Assembly: GCA_021735655.1 (NCBI GenBank)
Contig: JAIPGM010000005.1
Span: 45,461-109,460 of the forward strand
DNA length: 64,000 nucleotides
Direction of reading: 5' to 3'
Source: Candidatus Omnitrophota bacterium
Lineage (GTDB): Bacteria > Omnitrophota > Gorgyraeia > Duberdicusellales > 4484-171
The translations under genes were made by a program, and so were the position numbers. The notes beneath the pieces were generated by a model that was not told the origin of the DNA, made no database searches, and worked only from the letters and a program-made list of their open reading frames with translations. Positions 1-9,435 of this stretch are shown piece by piece (the stretch's first letter is position 1; each line of letters opens with the position of its first letter).

Positions 1-260
1 TGAATATGCCGATAGTTTACACCGAGATCTAACCAACTAACCAAGCCAGAATAAGTTACTCCTAGATCTGAATGATTATAGTAAGGATTATTAGCATTAT
101 CGCCCCAGCGGAACTCTTCTTCAAACGATAGTTTCCAATCATCATTAATCTTTTTAGATACGTTCGAAGTATTCCAATATTGAAAGTCGCCATCATCAAA
201 AGAAAAGGAACAAAAAGGAAATAATGCAATCGCAATAGTTAAAACAATTAACTTTCTCAT
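1..260 (-). CDS. Partial CDS (N-terminal ~86 aa in window) of a secreted hypothetical protein
   Basis: Reverse-strand ATG at 260 begins MRKLIVLTIAIALFPFCSFS, a signal-peptide-like N-terminus. The ORF runs off the window start. Confidence 0.4.
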   Translation of the reverse strand, partial: MRKLIVLTIAIALFPFCSFSFDDGDFQYWNTSNVSKKINDDWKLSFEEEFRWGDNANNPYYNHSDLGVTYSGLVSWLDLGVNYRHI

Positions 261-320
261 AGAAAAATAATATACATCACGAAACAAAACTGTCAACAAT
301 AAAGTATATAAAGTTGTCTG

Positions 321-1847
321 TTAAACGGGTAGAGTAAATATAAAACGGGAGCCTTTTCCTTCACCCTTAGAACTAGCCTCTATTTTTCCCTTATGTTCCT
401 GAATGATATCTTTACAAATTGCAAGGCCCAGCCCAGTTCCTTCAACTTTTCCGCTTCTGGCTGGTTTAATTTGCTCAAAGGAATGAAAAAGTTTTGGAAT
501 ATCATTTTTCTTTATACCGATTCCGGTATCAAAAACTTCAACTTCGATACTATTGTCTATTTTTCTGGTAACTACAATAACTTCGCCTTTTTTGGTAAAT
601 TTAATCGCATTACTGACTAAGTTGCTGATAACTTGACTAATCCGATCCTTATCAAACCTTGGCTTAGGTAAATCCTGACCAAGCTTTAAGCTAAACTGCA
701 AACCTTTACGCTCAGCCAAAGGTTGCATTATTTCATAAACATCCCTGACAACCTCATTGACATCGTCCTCTTTAAGCCTAAGCTCCATCTTGCCGGCTTC
801 CAGCTTTTGAAATTCTAAAACATCATTAATCAAACGAGCTAGACGATTAACGTTCTTTTTGGCCATCGAGAGAAGGTTCTTTTGCTCAGTGTTTGTATCT
901 CCGGCCAACCCATCGAAAACTATACTAATGCTGGTTTTAATTGCCGCCAAAGGTGTCCGCAGCTCATGAGAAACCATTGAAGTTAGTTTTGACTTATATT
1001 CCACAGCCTCGCGTAACTTTTCTTCAACTCTTTTACGTTCGCTAATCTCTTTTTTAAGTTCAAGAGTACGCTCATCGACTAATTCTTCAAGATGATCCTG
1101 ATATTTCTTTAACTCATCGGTCATCGTATTAAACAAAGAAGCCAAATCGCCGATCTCGTCATTGCCCTTGACCTCGGTATGACGTCCAAATTCCTTATGA
1201 GAAATAATATATCTAATAGCTCCCAACAGCTTCGAAATCGGAACAATAACAATCCTAGAAAGGCTCTGATAAAATAAAAATATACAAAAACCTAAGGCTA
1301 ACAGTAAAACCAAAAGGTTTTGAGCCCGCATTTTTCTTATTTTACTATTTATAATTTCTTGTTTTATCCCAACATTGATCGTCCCGATAACCTCTTCGAA
1401 CCAAGGAATTGGAATAATTGACTCATAATACTTACCAATAACCAAAGTCCTCCGTTGGGAAGTTTTTAACGGATAGAGGTCACCGTATTTACCTTTGTCA
1501 TAAATACTACTAAAAAAAGGAGATTTAGCATGGTATAAAATCTTTCCATCCCGATCAGCAATAAAGCAATAATCAATGCCTTCATTTGCAAATAAAACAC
1601 TCTGCAAATATTCATCCATACCCGAAAATTCATCGAGCGAAAAATAACGTAAATTATTGTGTACAGTCCGACGCAAAGCCTTACCAACCGCATAAGATTT
1701 TTCCTCCAAGGCTTCTTTATAAGCTACTTTAAAAGAAAAAATGGTAATCAATGAATTAGCAGCTACCGCTACAACAATAACTAAAAGAATAACCGAAAAT
1801 AGCTTGGTTTTGACACTTATATATTTCTTCTCTGATTTTTTATTCAT
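321..1847 (-). CDS. Sensor histidine kinase (TM - HAMP-like - HisKA - HATPase_c)
   Basis: N-terminal TM helix. H-box MVSHELRTPLAAI. N, G1 and G2 boxes (NLVSNAIKFT, DTGIGI, GTGLGLAICKDII). 4-nt overlap with the upstream binding-protein gene. Confidence 0.9.
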   Translation of the reverse strand: MNKKSEKKYISVKTKLFSVILLVIVVAVAANSLITIFSFKVAYKEALEEKSYAVGKALRRTVHNNLRYFSLDEFSGMDEYLQSVLFANEGIDYCFIADRDGKILYHAKSPFFSSIYDKGKYGDLYPLKTSQRRTLVIGKYYESIIPIPWFEEVIGTINVGIKQEIINSKIRKMRAQNLLVLLLALGFCIFLFYQSLSRIVIVPISKLLGAIRYIISHKEFGRHTEVKGNDEIGDLASLFNTMTDELKKYQDHLEELVDERTLELKKEISERKRVEEKLREAVEYKSKLTSMVSHELRTPLAAIKTSISIVFDGLAGDTNTEQKNLLSMAKKNVNRLARLINDVLEFQKLEAGKMELRLKEDDVNEVVRDVYEIMQPLAERKGLQFSLKLGQDLPKPRFDKDRISQVISNLVSNAIKFTKKGEVIVVTRKIDNSIEVEVFDTGIGIKKNDIPKLFHSFEQIKPARSGKVEGTGLGLAICKDIIQEHKGKIEASSKGEGKGSRFIFTLPV

Positions 1848-3043
1848 TTAACTATATTTTCTCCGGACATTTCTATATATTCAACCGGAACTTTAATTCC
1901 GAACTCCTCAGCTTTACGCAAATCAAAAGCAAAACCATTATTCTTCGGCCATTCTGGATATATCTCTTTGATTGATCTACCTTCGAATAGCTCTTTAATC
2001 ATTCTGGCAGCTTGGTGGCCCATGCTTCGGTTAGAAGGATATACAACCATAGTCGCTCCCCAGCCTTGCATAACCGACTCCTTTCCTAGACCAATCAAAG
2101 GCTTAGTCGCGTTTTCATAAACCATACGACAAAAATACTCCTGCACCCCCATCTGATCATTAGGGGCCAAGAAAACATCAACTATCGGATCAAGTTCTAA
2201 AACAAACCTCTTAGCTGCTTCAGCCATATATTTGCTTCCTTTTTCGCCAACAACTAAAGGCACTGAACGAAAAATAATCTTAAAATTCTTAAACTCAAGA
2301 TTAGTTTTAAAAAGCTCCTCGGCCCACTTACGATAACTCCTTGACTGAGGCATATCAGCATAAATAAGACCAATAATTTTTGCCTTAGGCATTAACTCTT
2401 TGATAAATTCAAAACGGGTCGCAACTCTTAGAGGGTAATGGACTCCGGTAAAATTATACTTAGGCGGCGCATCAAAATCTTCAATTACTCCAATTCCAAC
2501 TGGATCGGTATTAGCAGCAAAAACAGCTACTTGATCCTTGCCTAAAAGTACATTTTTAGCAGCAACGGTCATCACTGTACCATTAATAAAAATAATATCA
2601 TAATTGTTCGGTAACTGTTCCTTGAGAATCGCCTCGCCTTTTTTTATATCATTTTCAATGACAAAGTAAGCCAGGCTTAAATTGCCCCCTTCTCGATAAC
2701 CCCAATAACTGAGACGTTCAAGCATAGCTTCCCTTACCTCTTTATAGGGCTCTCCGGTTTGAGAATCCAAAATAAGCAGTTTAAAATTTCGGGAAGAATT
2801 TTTAGCCACCGCTGGCTGATTCTCGGTAAATAGTGCGGTTTCCTCAACTCGATCAGAATTAGTACAGGAAATAATTAGGCCTAGGCAAACAAAAATAAAC
2901 GACCTTAATAATAAATTTAAAAAATTAACACCTTTCATCTTATGGTGATATTTTACCATAAACCATAAGACACAAAAACAAAAAATCCCCACCTTTTTTA
3001 AGGTGGGGATAGCTTGCTTAATTGTTCCTTCAGCCCAATTCAA
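1844..3043 (-). CDS. Periplasmic substrate-binding lipoprotein (ABC-type periplasmic component-like), co-transcribed with the sensor kinase; true start probably near 2938 (MKGVNF..LIISC lipobox)
   Basis: Internal Met is followed by a hydrophobic stretch and a Cys lipobox. The protein is a mixed alpha/beta periplasmic-binding type. Its stop overlaps the kinase start (ATGA). Confidence 0.5.
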   Translation of the reverse strand: MNWAEGTIKQAIPTLKKVGIFCFCVLWFMVKYHHKMKGVNFLNLLLRSFIFVCLGLIISCTNSDRVEETALFTENQPAVAKNSSRNFKLLILDSQTGEPYKEVREAMLERLSYWGYREGGNLSLAYFVIENDIKKGEAILKEQLPNNYDIIFINGTVMTVAAKNVLLGKDQVAVFAANTDPVGIGVIEDFDAPPKYNFTGVHYPLRVATRFEFIKELMPKAKIIGLIYADMPQSRSYRKWAEELFKTNLEFKNFKIIFRSVPLVVGEKGSKYMAEAAKRFVLELDPIVDVFLAPNDQMGVQEYFCRMVYENATKPLIGLGKESVMQGWGATMVVYPSNRSMGHQAARMIKELFEGRSIKEIYPEWPKNNGFAFDLRKAEEFGIKVPVEYIEMSGENIVK

Positions 3044-3052
3044 GGACTAAGG

Positions 3053-4228
3053 TTATTTCCCTAAGTTAATCGCTCTGACCTTTACAACACCTTCAATCTT
3101 AGAAAGAGCTTTTATAGTCTCCTCCTTAGGTTCATCTGAAGCATCGATAATCGTACAAGCATAGCCGGCTTTACTCTTATTTAACATCTCAACGATATTA
3201 ATATTGGCTTTAGCTAAAATCGTTGAAACCTGACCAACCATATTCGGAATATCTTTATTCATAACTATCAACCGGTGACTAGAATTTTGCTCTAATTTAC
3301 AGTCAGGAAAATTAACTGAATTCTTAATAACCCCCCGCTCAATGAAATTACGCAACTGCTTAACAACCATTACTGCGCAATTAGTTTCGGCCTCTTGGGT
3401 TGAAGCACCAAGATGAGGTATGGCTATTACCTTATCCATGTTAAGTAGTTCATCATCAGGAAAATCAGTTACATATCTCTCAACTATACCGTCTTTGATT
3501 GCTTTAGCTAAATCATCATTGTTTACTATTCCACCACGGGAAAGATTTAAAATCCTGACACCTTTTTTCATCCGAGAAAACTTCTCACTATCAACCATTC
3601 CTTTAGTTGCATCAGTCAAAGGCGTGTGCAGCGAAATATAATCTGCTTCAGCCATAAGTGCATCTAAACCATTAGCTCGTTTTACCTGTCTTGAAAGACC
3701 CCAAGCCGACTCAACCGAGATAAACGGATCATAGCCAACAACCTCCATACCCAAATCTAAAGCAGCATTGGCCACCATAACCCCGATTTTACCTAAGCCA
3801 ACAATACCGAGAGTTTTGCCCATAATCTCAAAACCGGCAAAATCTTTCTTATTCTTTTCTACCGAGGTCGGAACTTCAGTTCCCTTTCCCTTAAGTGATT
3901 CAGAAAAGGCAATACCCTTAGAGATATCCCTTGAAGCTAGCAGCAATCCGGCTATAGTCAACTCTTTTACGGCGTTAGCATTGGCTCCCGGAGTATTAAA
4001 AACAACCACCCCTCTTTCTGAGCACTTATCAATCGAAATATTGTTGGTTCCGGCTCCAGCCCGACCCACCGCAAGAAGAGATTTCGGTAACTCCATATCA
4101 TGCATCTTAAAGCTTCGGAGGATTATTGCTTCGGGATTAGTAACTTCAGTACCAATCTCATATTGATCAAGCGGAAAAAGGGCTAAGCCCTCTGTTGAAA
4201 TTTTATCTAGTTTCATTACCTTATACAT
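3053..4228 (-). CDS. serA: D-3-phosphoglycerate dehydrogenase (2-hydroxyacid dehydrogenase with C-terminal ACT domain)
   Basis: NAD-binding motif GLGKIGVMVANAALDLGMEVVGYDPF. Catalytic His/Glu region (IPHLGASTQEA). C-terminal ACT-like region. The longer ORF to 4318 would overlap serC. An AGGAGG sits just before the ATGATG at 4228. Confidence 0.85.
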   Translation of the reverse strand: MYKVMKLDKISTEGLALFPLDQYEIGTEVTNPEAIILRSFKMHDMELPKSLLAVGRAGAGTNNISIDKCSERGVVVFNTPGANANAVKELTIAGLLLASRDISKGIAFSESLKGKGTEVPTSVEKNKKDFAGFEIMGKTLGIVGLGKIGVMVANAALDLGMEVVGYDPFISVESAWGLSRQVKRANGLDALMAEADYISLHTPLTDATKGMVDSEKFSRMKKGVRILNLSRGGIVNNDDLAKAIKDGIVERYVTDFPDDELLNMDKVIAIPHLGASTQEAETNCAVMVVKQLRNFIERGVIKNSVNFPDCKLEQNSSHRLIVMNKDIPNMVGQVSTILAKANINIVEMLNKSKAGYACTIIDASDEPKEETIKALSKIEGVVKVRAINLGK

Positions 4229-4247
4229 CATATCCTCCTTTAGTTGC

Positions 4248-5330
4248 TTATCGGTTTGTTTTTTCGAATTCTTCCATAAGTTCAACAAGTTTTTTAACCC
4301 CTTCAACCGGCATGGCATTGTAAATACTAGCTCGCATGCCGCCGACAGTACGGTGTCCTTTCAAAGTCTTAAAACCTTTAGCTGAAGCCTCCTCGATGAA
4401 TTTCGCATCTAGCTCCTTATTCCCGGTAACAAAAGGGACATTCATCAAAGAACGGTTTTCTTTTTTAACCGGACTGCTGAAAAGTTTTGACTGATCTAAA
4501 TAGCTATAGAGAATTTCTGCTTTTTCACGATTGAGCTTTTCGATTGCCGCCAGTCCTCCTTTTCCCTTAATCCAGGCAAAAACTAACCCGGCTATATAGA
4601 TTGAATAGCAGGGCGGTGTATTGAACATCGAACCGGCGTCAAGATGAGTTTTGTAATTAAGCATCGCCGGAATACTGTCTGGAGCCTGGCCTACTAAATC
4701 TTCACGGATGATAACCAAGGTAACACCGGCTGGTCCGATATTTTTCTGAGCTCCGGCAAAGATAACTCCAAATTTTGAAACATCAATTGGCTCAGACAAA
4801 ATATTAGAAGACATATCGGCGATTAAAGGAACTGCCCCTGTATTAGGGATCTTTTCATAAACTGTTCCGTAAATCGTATTGTTAGTTGCGATATAGAAAT
4901 AGTCAGCGTCTTTAGAAAAATCATCAGAATTAAGTTCCGGGATATAAGTAAAATTCTTATCTTCGGAACTGGCAACAACCTTAACCGCCCCCTGTTTCTT
5001 AGCTTCGGCTATTGCTTTCTTGGTCCATTGGCCGGTATGCACATAGTCGGCTTTTTTATTTTTGACCATTAAGTTCAAGGGAATCATCGAGAACTGTAAA
5101 CTTGCCCCGCCTTGCAAAAACAAAACCTTATAGTTATCCGGAATAGCCATGATTTCTCGTAGGGTAGCTTCGGCCGTCTCGATAATACCTTTAAACTCCT
5201 TGCCGCGATGAGAAAGTTCCATTACACTCATACCACTTCCTTGATAATTAAACATCTCTGCGGCAGCTTTCTTCAAAACTTCCTCTGGCAAAACTGCTGG
5301 TCCAGCACTAAAATTGTATACCCTCTCCAT
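4248..5330 (-). CDS. serC: Phosphoserine aminotransferase
   Basis: N-terminus MERVYNFSAGPAVLPEEVL is typical of SerC. PLP-fold length of 360 aa. Immediately followed by serA. Confidence 0.9.
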   Translation of the reverse strand: MERVYNFSAGPAVLPEEVLKKAAAEMFNYQGSGMSVMELSHRGKEFKGIIETAEATLREIMAIPDNYKVLFLQGGASLQFSMIPLNLMVKNKKADYVHTGQWTKKAIAEAKKQGAVKVVASSEDKNFTYIPELNSDDFSKDADYFYIATNNTIYGTVYEKIPNTGAVPLIADMSSNILSEPIDVSKFGVIFAGAQKNIGPAGVTLVIIREDLVGQAPDSIPAMLNYKTHLDAGSMFNTPPCYSIYIAGLVFAWIKGKGGLAAIEKLNREKAEILYSYLDQSKLFSSPVKKENRSLMNVPFVTGNKELDAKFIEEASAKGFKTLKGHRTVGGMRASIYNAMPVEGVKKLVELMEEFEKTNR

Positions 5331-5332
5331 GG

Positions 5333-5950
5333 TTACCCCCCTTTAAGTGATGCGGCAACAAACCGCAAAGCATTAGTAAAATCCATATCTAAATACATAA
5401 TATTTTCTGGCACTATAATTTTAATCGCTGAAAAATTTAAAATACCACGCACCCCGGCTTTGATTAACTTATCGGCTACGGCCTGAGCTGAGCCTGCCGG
5501 AACAGCGATTATTGCCAACTCAATGTTTCGCTGTTTAATAATACTTTCTAATTGGTTATCGCCAAAAACATCGATAGCAGTGCGAATTCTTTCAATCTTA
5601 TTAATACTGCAATCAAACCCAGCCACAATTTCAAATCCATCCTCCTGAAACTTTTCATAATCTAGGAGAGCGCTCCCGAGACGTCCCAAGCCAACAATAC
5701 AGGCCTTGCGCTTCTGATTTAAATTAAGCTTACGCCCCAACTCTTGCTTTAAACCGCTAACTTCGTAGCCTTTTCGAGTGTAACCGGTAAGGCCTAAAGA
5801 GCTAATATCTTTACGCACCGTATATTCAGTAGCACCAATAGCTTTAGCCAGATTCAGAGAAGATACAAAATCAACTCCTTGCTTTTCTAAGGTGTTTAAA
5901 TATCCAAAAATCTTACAAATTCGCTCAAGACTATTATCTGATAAACTCAT
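5333..5950 (-). CDS. rex: Redox-sensing transcriptional repressor Rex
   Basis: N-terminal winged-helix region (YTVRKDISSLG) and a C-terminal Rossmann/CoA-binding motif CIVGLGRLGSAL. Length 205 aa. Lies 2 nt upstream of serC. Confidence 0.85.
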   Translation of the reverse strand: MSLSDNSLERICKIFGYLNTLEKQGVDFVSSLNLAKAIGATEYTVRKDISSLGLTGYTRKGYEVSGLKQELGRKLNLNQKRKACIVGLGRLGSALLDYEKFQEDGFEIVAGFDCSINKIERIRTAIDVFGDNQLESIIKQRNIELAIIAVPAGSAQAVADKLIKAGVRGILNFSAIKIIVPENIMYLDMDFTNALRFVAASLKGG

Positions 5951-5973
5951 ATATGTTCCTTAACCTTATTTAA

Positions 5974-5987
5974 GTGAAATAATTCAC
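5974..5987. promoter_or_regulatory. Candidate Rex operator (GTGAA-N4-TTCAC) upstream of rex-serC-serA
   Basis: AAGTGAAATAATTCACTA matches the Rex consensus TTGTGAA-N4-TTCACAA. It lies 24 nt upstream of the rex start. Confidence 0.55.
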
Positions 5988-6107
5988 TATTATAGCTAAT
6001 TTATACCCTATATTACCCTGAATGTCAAGATATTTTATGGTATTTTTTAGGCTAACTAATAAATGTATATTTTTCAATCGATTATCAGTATGATTCCTAT
6101 AATATTA

Positions 6108-6121
6108 GTGAAATTTTTCAC
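6108..6121. promoter_or_regulatory. Second candidate Rex operator (GTGAAATTTTTCAC)
   Basis: Second GTGAA-N4-TTCAC palindrome in the same intergenic region. Confidence 0.45.
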
Positions 6122-6144
6122 CCCATTATCAAAAAAAGGGGCGA

Positions 6145-7551
6145 TTATTGCCGGCCAGACAAAAATACAGTTTCGTCTTTTGCCGGAATACTGACTTTAA
6201 TATTGTGCTTTTTCAGGTTAGTTCTTAATACCTCAGACTGCTCTTCGTCACCATGAACAATAAAAACCTTCTTTAACTTACCTTGGCATTTTTTAACATA
6301 TTCGACCAGACCATTTTTATCCGAATGTGAACTAAAAGCATTTAAAGTAACTACTTCGGCATTTAATTTATAAGGATGACCAAAGATCTTAACTTCCGGG
6401 TTTCTTTCAACAATTCTTCGGCCTAAGGTATTTTTAGCCATATAGCCAATTGCAATTATGGTGTTGTGTGGATTTTCAATATTGTTTTTTAAATGGTGAA
6501 GTATTCGACCATTTTCGCACATTCCGGAAGCTGATATTATTATCATCGGGCTTTTCTTTTCATTAAGCTTCTTTGATTTGTTGACATCAGTTATATAGGT
6601 AATGCTGCCATAACCTAAAGGATCCTCTTCTCTTTGAAAAGCCTGCTGAGTGATATCATCGAAATACTGCCAATTTTCCCGAAATACTTTAGTCAAATTC
6701 ACCGCCAGGGGACTATCAACATAAATTGGAATCTTTTTTATCTTTTTACGCTTTATCAACTCACTGATAAAAAATACAATTAACTGTGTTCTTTCTAAAG
6801 CAAAAGAAGGGATGATAATTTTACCGCCCCGCTTAATCGTACGATTTACAGCAGCAGCCAGCTCTTCCTCAGCATCTTCGATACTTGAGTGACTTCTCCC
6901 ACCATAGGTACTTTCAATTATAAGGTAATCTATATCTTTGGGAACTTCCGGATTTCTAAGTAAGGGCATGCCATAGCGGCCTAGGTCTACGGCATAAGCT
7001 ATGCGCATATTGCCATGAGTAGTTTTAATATCAAGGGTTGGTACAGTTGAACCAAGAATATGCCCGGCTTCAAAAAAAGTTAAATCTATCTCTCTGGCCA
7101 AAGGAAATTTTTGATGATATTCCAAAGATCTAATATATTTAAGTGACTTCTCAGCATCTTTTTTAGTATAAAGTGGTTCCCTTGGCGGGAGATGTTTACG
7201 ACGGTTAATCTTATTTACATAACGAACATCTTCTTCCTGGACATAACCACTATCAGCAAGCATGTAATGCAATAATTTCTTAGTGACCGGAGTAGCAAAT
7301 ACATGTGAACGATAGCCGTTTTTTATTAAAGTCGGGATATTACCACAATGATCGATATGAGCGTGGGAGACCACGCAGGCCTTTAAGCTTTGTGGGTTAA
7401 AGGAAAACTTTGAATTAACTTGGTAGGTTTCATCCCGACGACCATGGAAAAGGCCGCAATCAAGCAATATACTGGAATGATCTGTAGATACAAGATGCTG
7501 CGAGCCGGTAACTGTACGAGCTCCGCCGCAGAATTTAATCGTTACTGTCAA
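6145..7551 (-). CDS. Metallo-beta-lactamase fold hydrolase, beta-CASP RNA-metabolising family
   Basis: HAHIDHCG (HxHxDH) motif, with further His/Asp motifs and a beta-CASP-like C-terminal half. 468 aa. Confidence 0.7.
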   Translation of the reverse strand: MTVTIKFCGGARTVTGSQHLVSTDHSSILLDCGLFHGRRDETYQVNSKFSFNPQSLKACVVSHAHIDHCGNIPTLIKNGYRSHVFATPVTKKLLHYMLADSGYVQEEDVRYVNKINRRKHLPPREPLYTKKDAEKSLKYIRSLEYHQKFPLAREIDLTFFEAGHILGSTVPTLDIKTTHGNMRIAYAVDLGRYGMPLLRNPEVPKDIDYLIIESTYGGRSHSSIEDAEEELAAAVNRTIKRGGKIIIPSFALERTQLIVFFISELIKRKKIKKIPIYVDSPLAVNLTKVFRENWQYFDDITQQAFQREEDPLGYGSITYITDVNKSKKLNEKKSPMIIISASGMCENGRILHHLKNNIENPHNTIIAIGYMAKNTLGRRIVERNPEVKIFGHPYKLNAEVVTLNAFSSHSDKNGLVEYVKKCQGKLKKVFIVHGDEEQSEVLRTNLKKHNIKVSIPAKDETVFLSGRQ

Positions 7552-7666
7552 CTAATACTCCTGGTGTTTTCATATCTACGTAGGAAACTTTTATTCCATG
7601 ATTAATTATACCCTAATAATGAGAAAACCTAAAGTAAAAATAATTAGCGATTTCTTTGAATTAAAC

Positions 7667-8233
7667 TTACTTTAGATAAGCCTTGATGATTTTTTGCTCT
7701 TTTAACGGCTTACTGGCTGAATTAACCGCTGTGCCTTCTATTTTTTGAACAACTTCATAACCGGAGATTACTTCGCCAAAAATTGTATGCTTCATGTTAA
7801 GCCAAGGAGTAGGAACCGTAGTAATAAAAAATTGACTTCCGTTACTATTGGGTCCGGAATTAGCCATCGCCAATAGACCCGGCTTATCAAATTTAAGAGT
7901 TGGAGTAAATTCATCCTCAAACGACGCACCCCAAATTGAGCGACCGCCCATGCCGGTACCAGTCGGGTCTCCGCCTTGAATCATGAAATCAGCCATCACC
8001 CTGTGAAATATTATTCCGTTATAATAACCCTGCTCAACCAGTCCGATGAAATTTTCACAAGCTTTCGGTGCCCGCTCCGGCATAAGTTTAAGCTCGATAT
8101 TACCCTGATTTGTTTCTAGAACTACTATATTTTTTTCCATAGCTTTAACCTCCCCAAAAATACTGCCGGTAAAAATACCAATTAATAAAAAAACAAATAA
8201 CCTTTTCATAAACCCCCTCTCCTCCTTCAGCAA
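7667..8233 (-). CDS. ppiB: Peptidyl-prolyl cis-trans isomerase, cyclophilin type, secreted
   Basis: Signal peptide. Cyclophilin signature FHRVMADFMIQGGDP and the FFITT motif. Confidence 0.9.
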   Translation of the reverse strand: MLKEERGFMKRLFVFLLIGIFTGSIFGEVKAMEKNIVVLETNQGNIELKLMPERAPKACENFIGLVEQGYYNGIIFHRVMADFMIQGGDPTGTGMGGRSIWGASFEDEFTPTLKFDKPGLLAMANSGPNSNGSQFFITTVPTPWLNMKHTIFGEVISGYEVVQKIEGTAVNSASKPLKEQKIIKAYLK

Positions 8234-8248
8234 TATTTCAACCGATCC

Positions 8249-9418
8249 CTAAACCATTCTTATCGCTAGGGCCAAAGCACTGCCACCGCCTAGACAAGTA
8301 GCGGTTAAACCAATTTTTTTATTCTGAACCTTAAGCACATTGATCAAAGTAACTAGCCCTCGGGCTCCGGAAACTCCCAAGGGATGACCCAAGGCAAGGG
8401 TTCCGCCAAAAACATTCAAACGTTGCTTATCCGCACCGCTTAAATTCATAGTCACTAAAGCTTGAACTGAAAAAGCCTCATTTATTTCAAATATATCCAC
8501 GTCAGACAATTCAAGCGAGCTCAACTTAAGGCACTTTTTAATCGCCAAGGCCGGAGCAGTAAAAACTAACTTTGCTTCAACAGCAACTGTAGCATATCCC
8601 AAAATATAAGCTAAAGGAGTAAGTTTATTTTCCTTAAGCCCCTTATCGGAAGAAAAAATCAAAGCCGCGGCTCCGTCTGCCGGGGCTGAAGAACTACCGG
8701 CAGTAACCGTACCGTTAGCTTCGAAAGCCGCAGGTAAATTGGATAATTTTTCTAAAGATAAGTTTTTTCTTGGCTTTTCATCGAGACTGAAAATCTTATC
8801 GTCATTTATAGAAATTGGTACAATTTCATTAGCAGATAGTCCTTGTTCTTGAGCATGGATCGCTTTGCGATGACTATCTAAAGTATAGATATCCTGATCC
8901 TCTCGGGATATATTAAACTCTTTAGCCGTATACTCAGCGATTACTCCCATATGAGTATTGTTTAACTTACACCAAAGGCCGTCGTCAATTAAACTGTCAC
9001 CTAAATCTTCCTTCTTGAATTCTCCTGACTTTTTATTTCGTGGCAAAATATATGGACATTGAGAAGCACTTTCCAAGCCTCCGGCAATAATTAAATCTGA
9101 ATCTCGACAAAGTATAGCCTGACTTGCCAAAACTGCTGATTTTAAACCCGAACCACAAACTTTGTTTATGGTAAAAGCCGGAGTTTCAACTGACAAACCG
9201 GCAGCAACTAAAGCCTGCCTAGCCGGATTCTGCCCTAAACCGGTGCTTATGACATTCCCCATTATTACTTCATCTAGTGACGATTTATTTATCGAATTTT
9301 TTTCAACAATTTTTCTGATTACCGAACCGCCAAGTGAAACCGCAGATAGCGTTTTCAAGCTCTGCCCCATGCCACCGATAGGAGTTCTTAAGCCATCTAC
9401 TATAAATACCTTTTCCAT
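8249..9418 (-). CDS. Acetyl-CoA C-acetyltransferase (thiolase II)
   Basis: Active-site region NKVCGSGLKS. C-terminal thiolase signature with catalytic Cys (TCLGGGSALALAI). 389 aa. Confidence 0.85.
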   Translation of the reverse strand: MEKVFIVDGLRTPIGGMGQSLKTLSAVSLGGSVIRKIVEKNSINKSSLDEVIMGNVISTGLGQNPARQALVAAGLSVETPAFTINKVCGSGLKSAVLASQAILCRDSDLIIAGGLESASQCPYILPRNKKSGEFKKEDLGDSLIDDGLWCKLNNTHMGVIAEYTAKEFNISREDQDIYTLDSHRKAIHAQEQGLSANEIVPISINDDKIFSLDEKPRKNLSLEKLSNLPAAFEANGTVTAGSSSAPADGAAALIFSSDKGLKENKLTPLAYILGYATVAVEAKLVFTAPALAIKKCLKLSSLELSDVDIFEINEAFSVQALVTMNLSGADKQRLNVFGGTLALGHPLGVSGARGLVTLINVLKVQNKKIGLTATCLGGGSALALAIRMV

Positions 9419-9435
9419 ATCCTGAAATATCTCCT

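Noticed and set aside
3420-4166. Plus-strand ORFs of 73 and 132 aa inside serA
   Set aside because: They lie antisense within a well-supported coding gene. They have a low-complexity Ser/Pro/Ile-rich translation typical of the shadow frame of an AT-rich gene, and no RBS.
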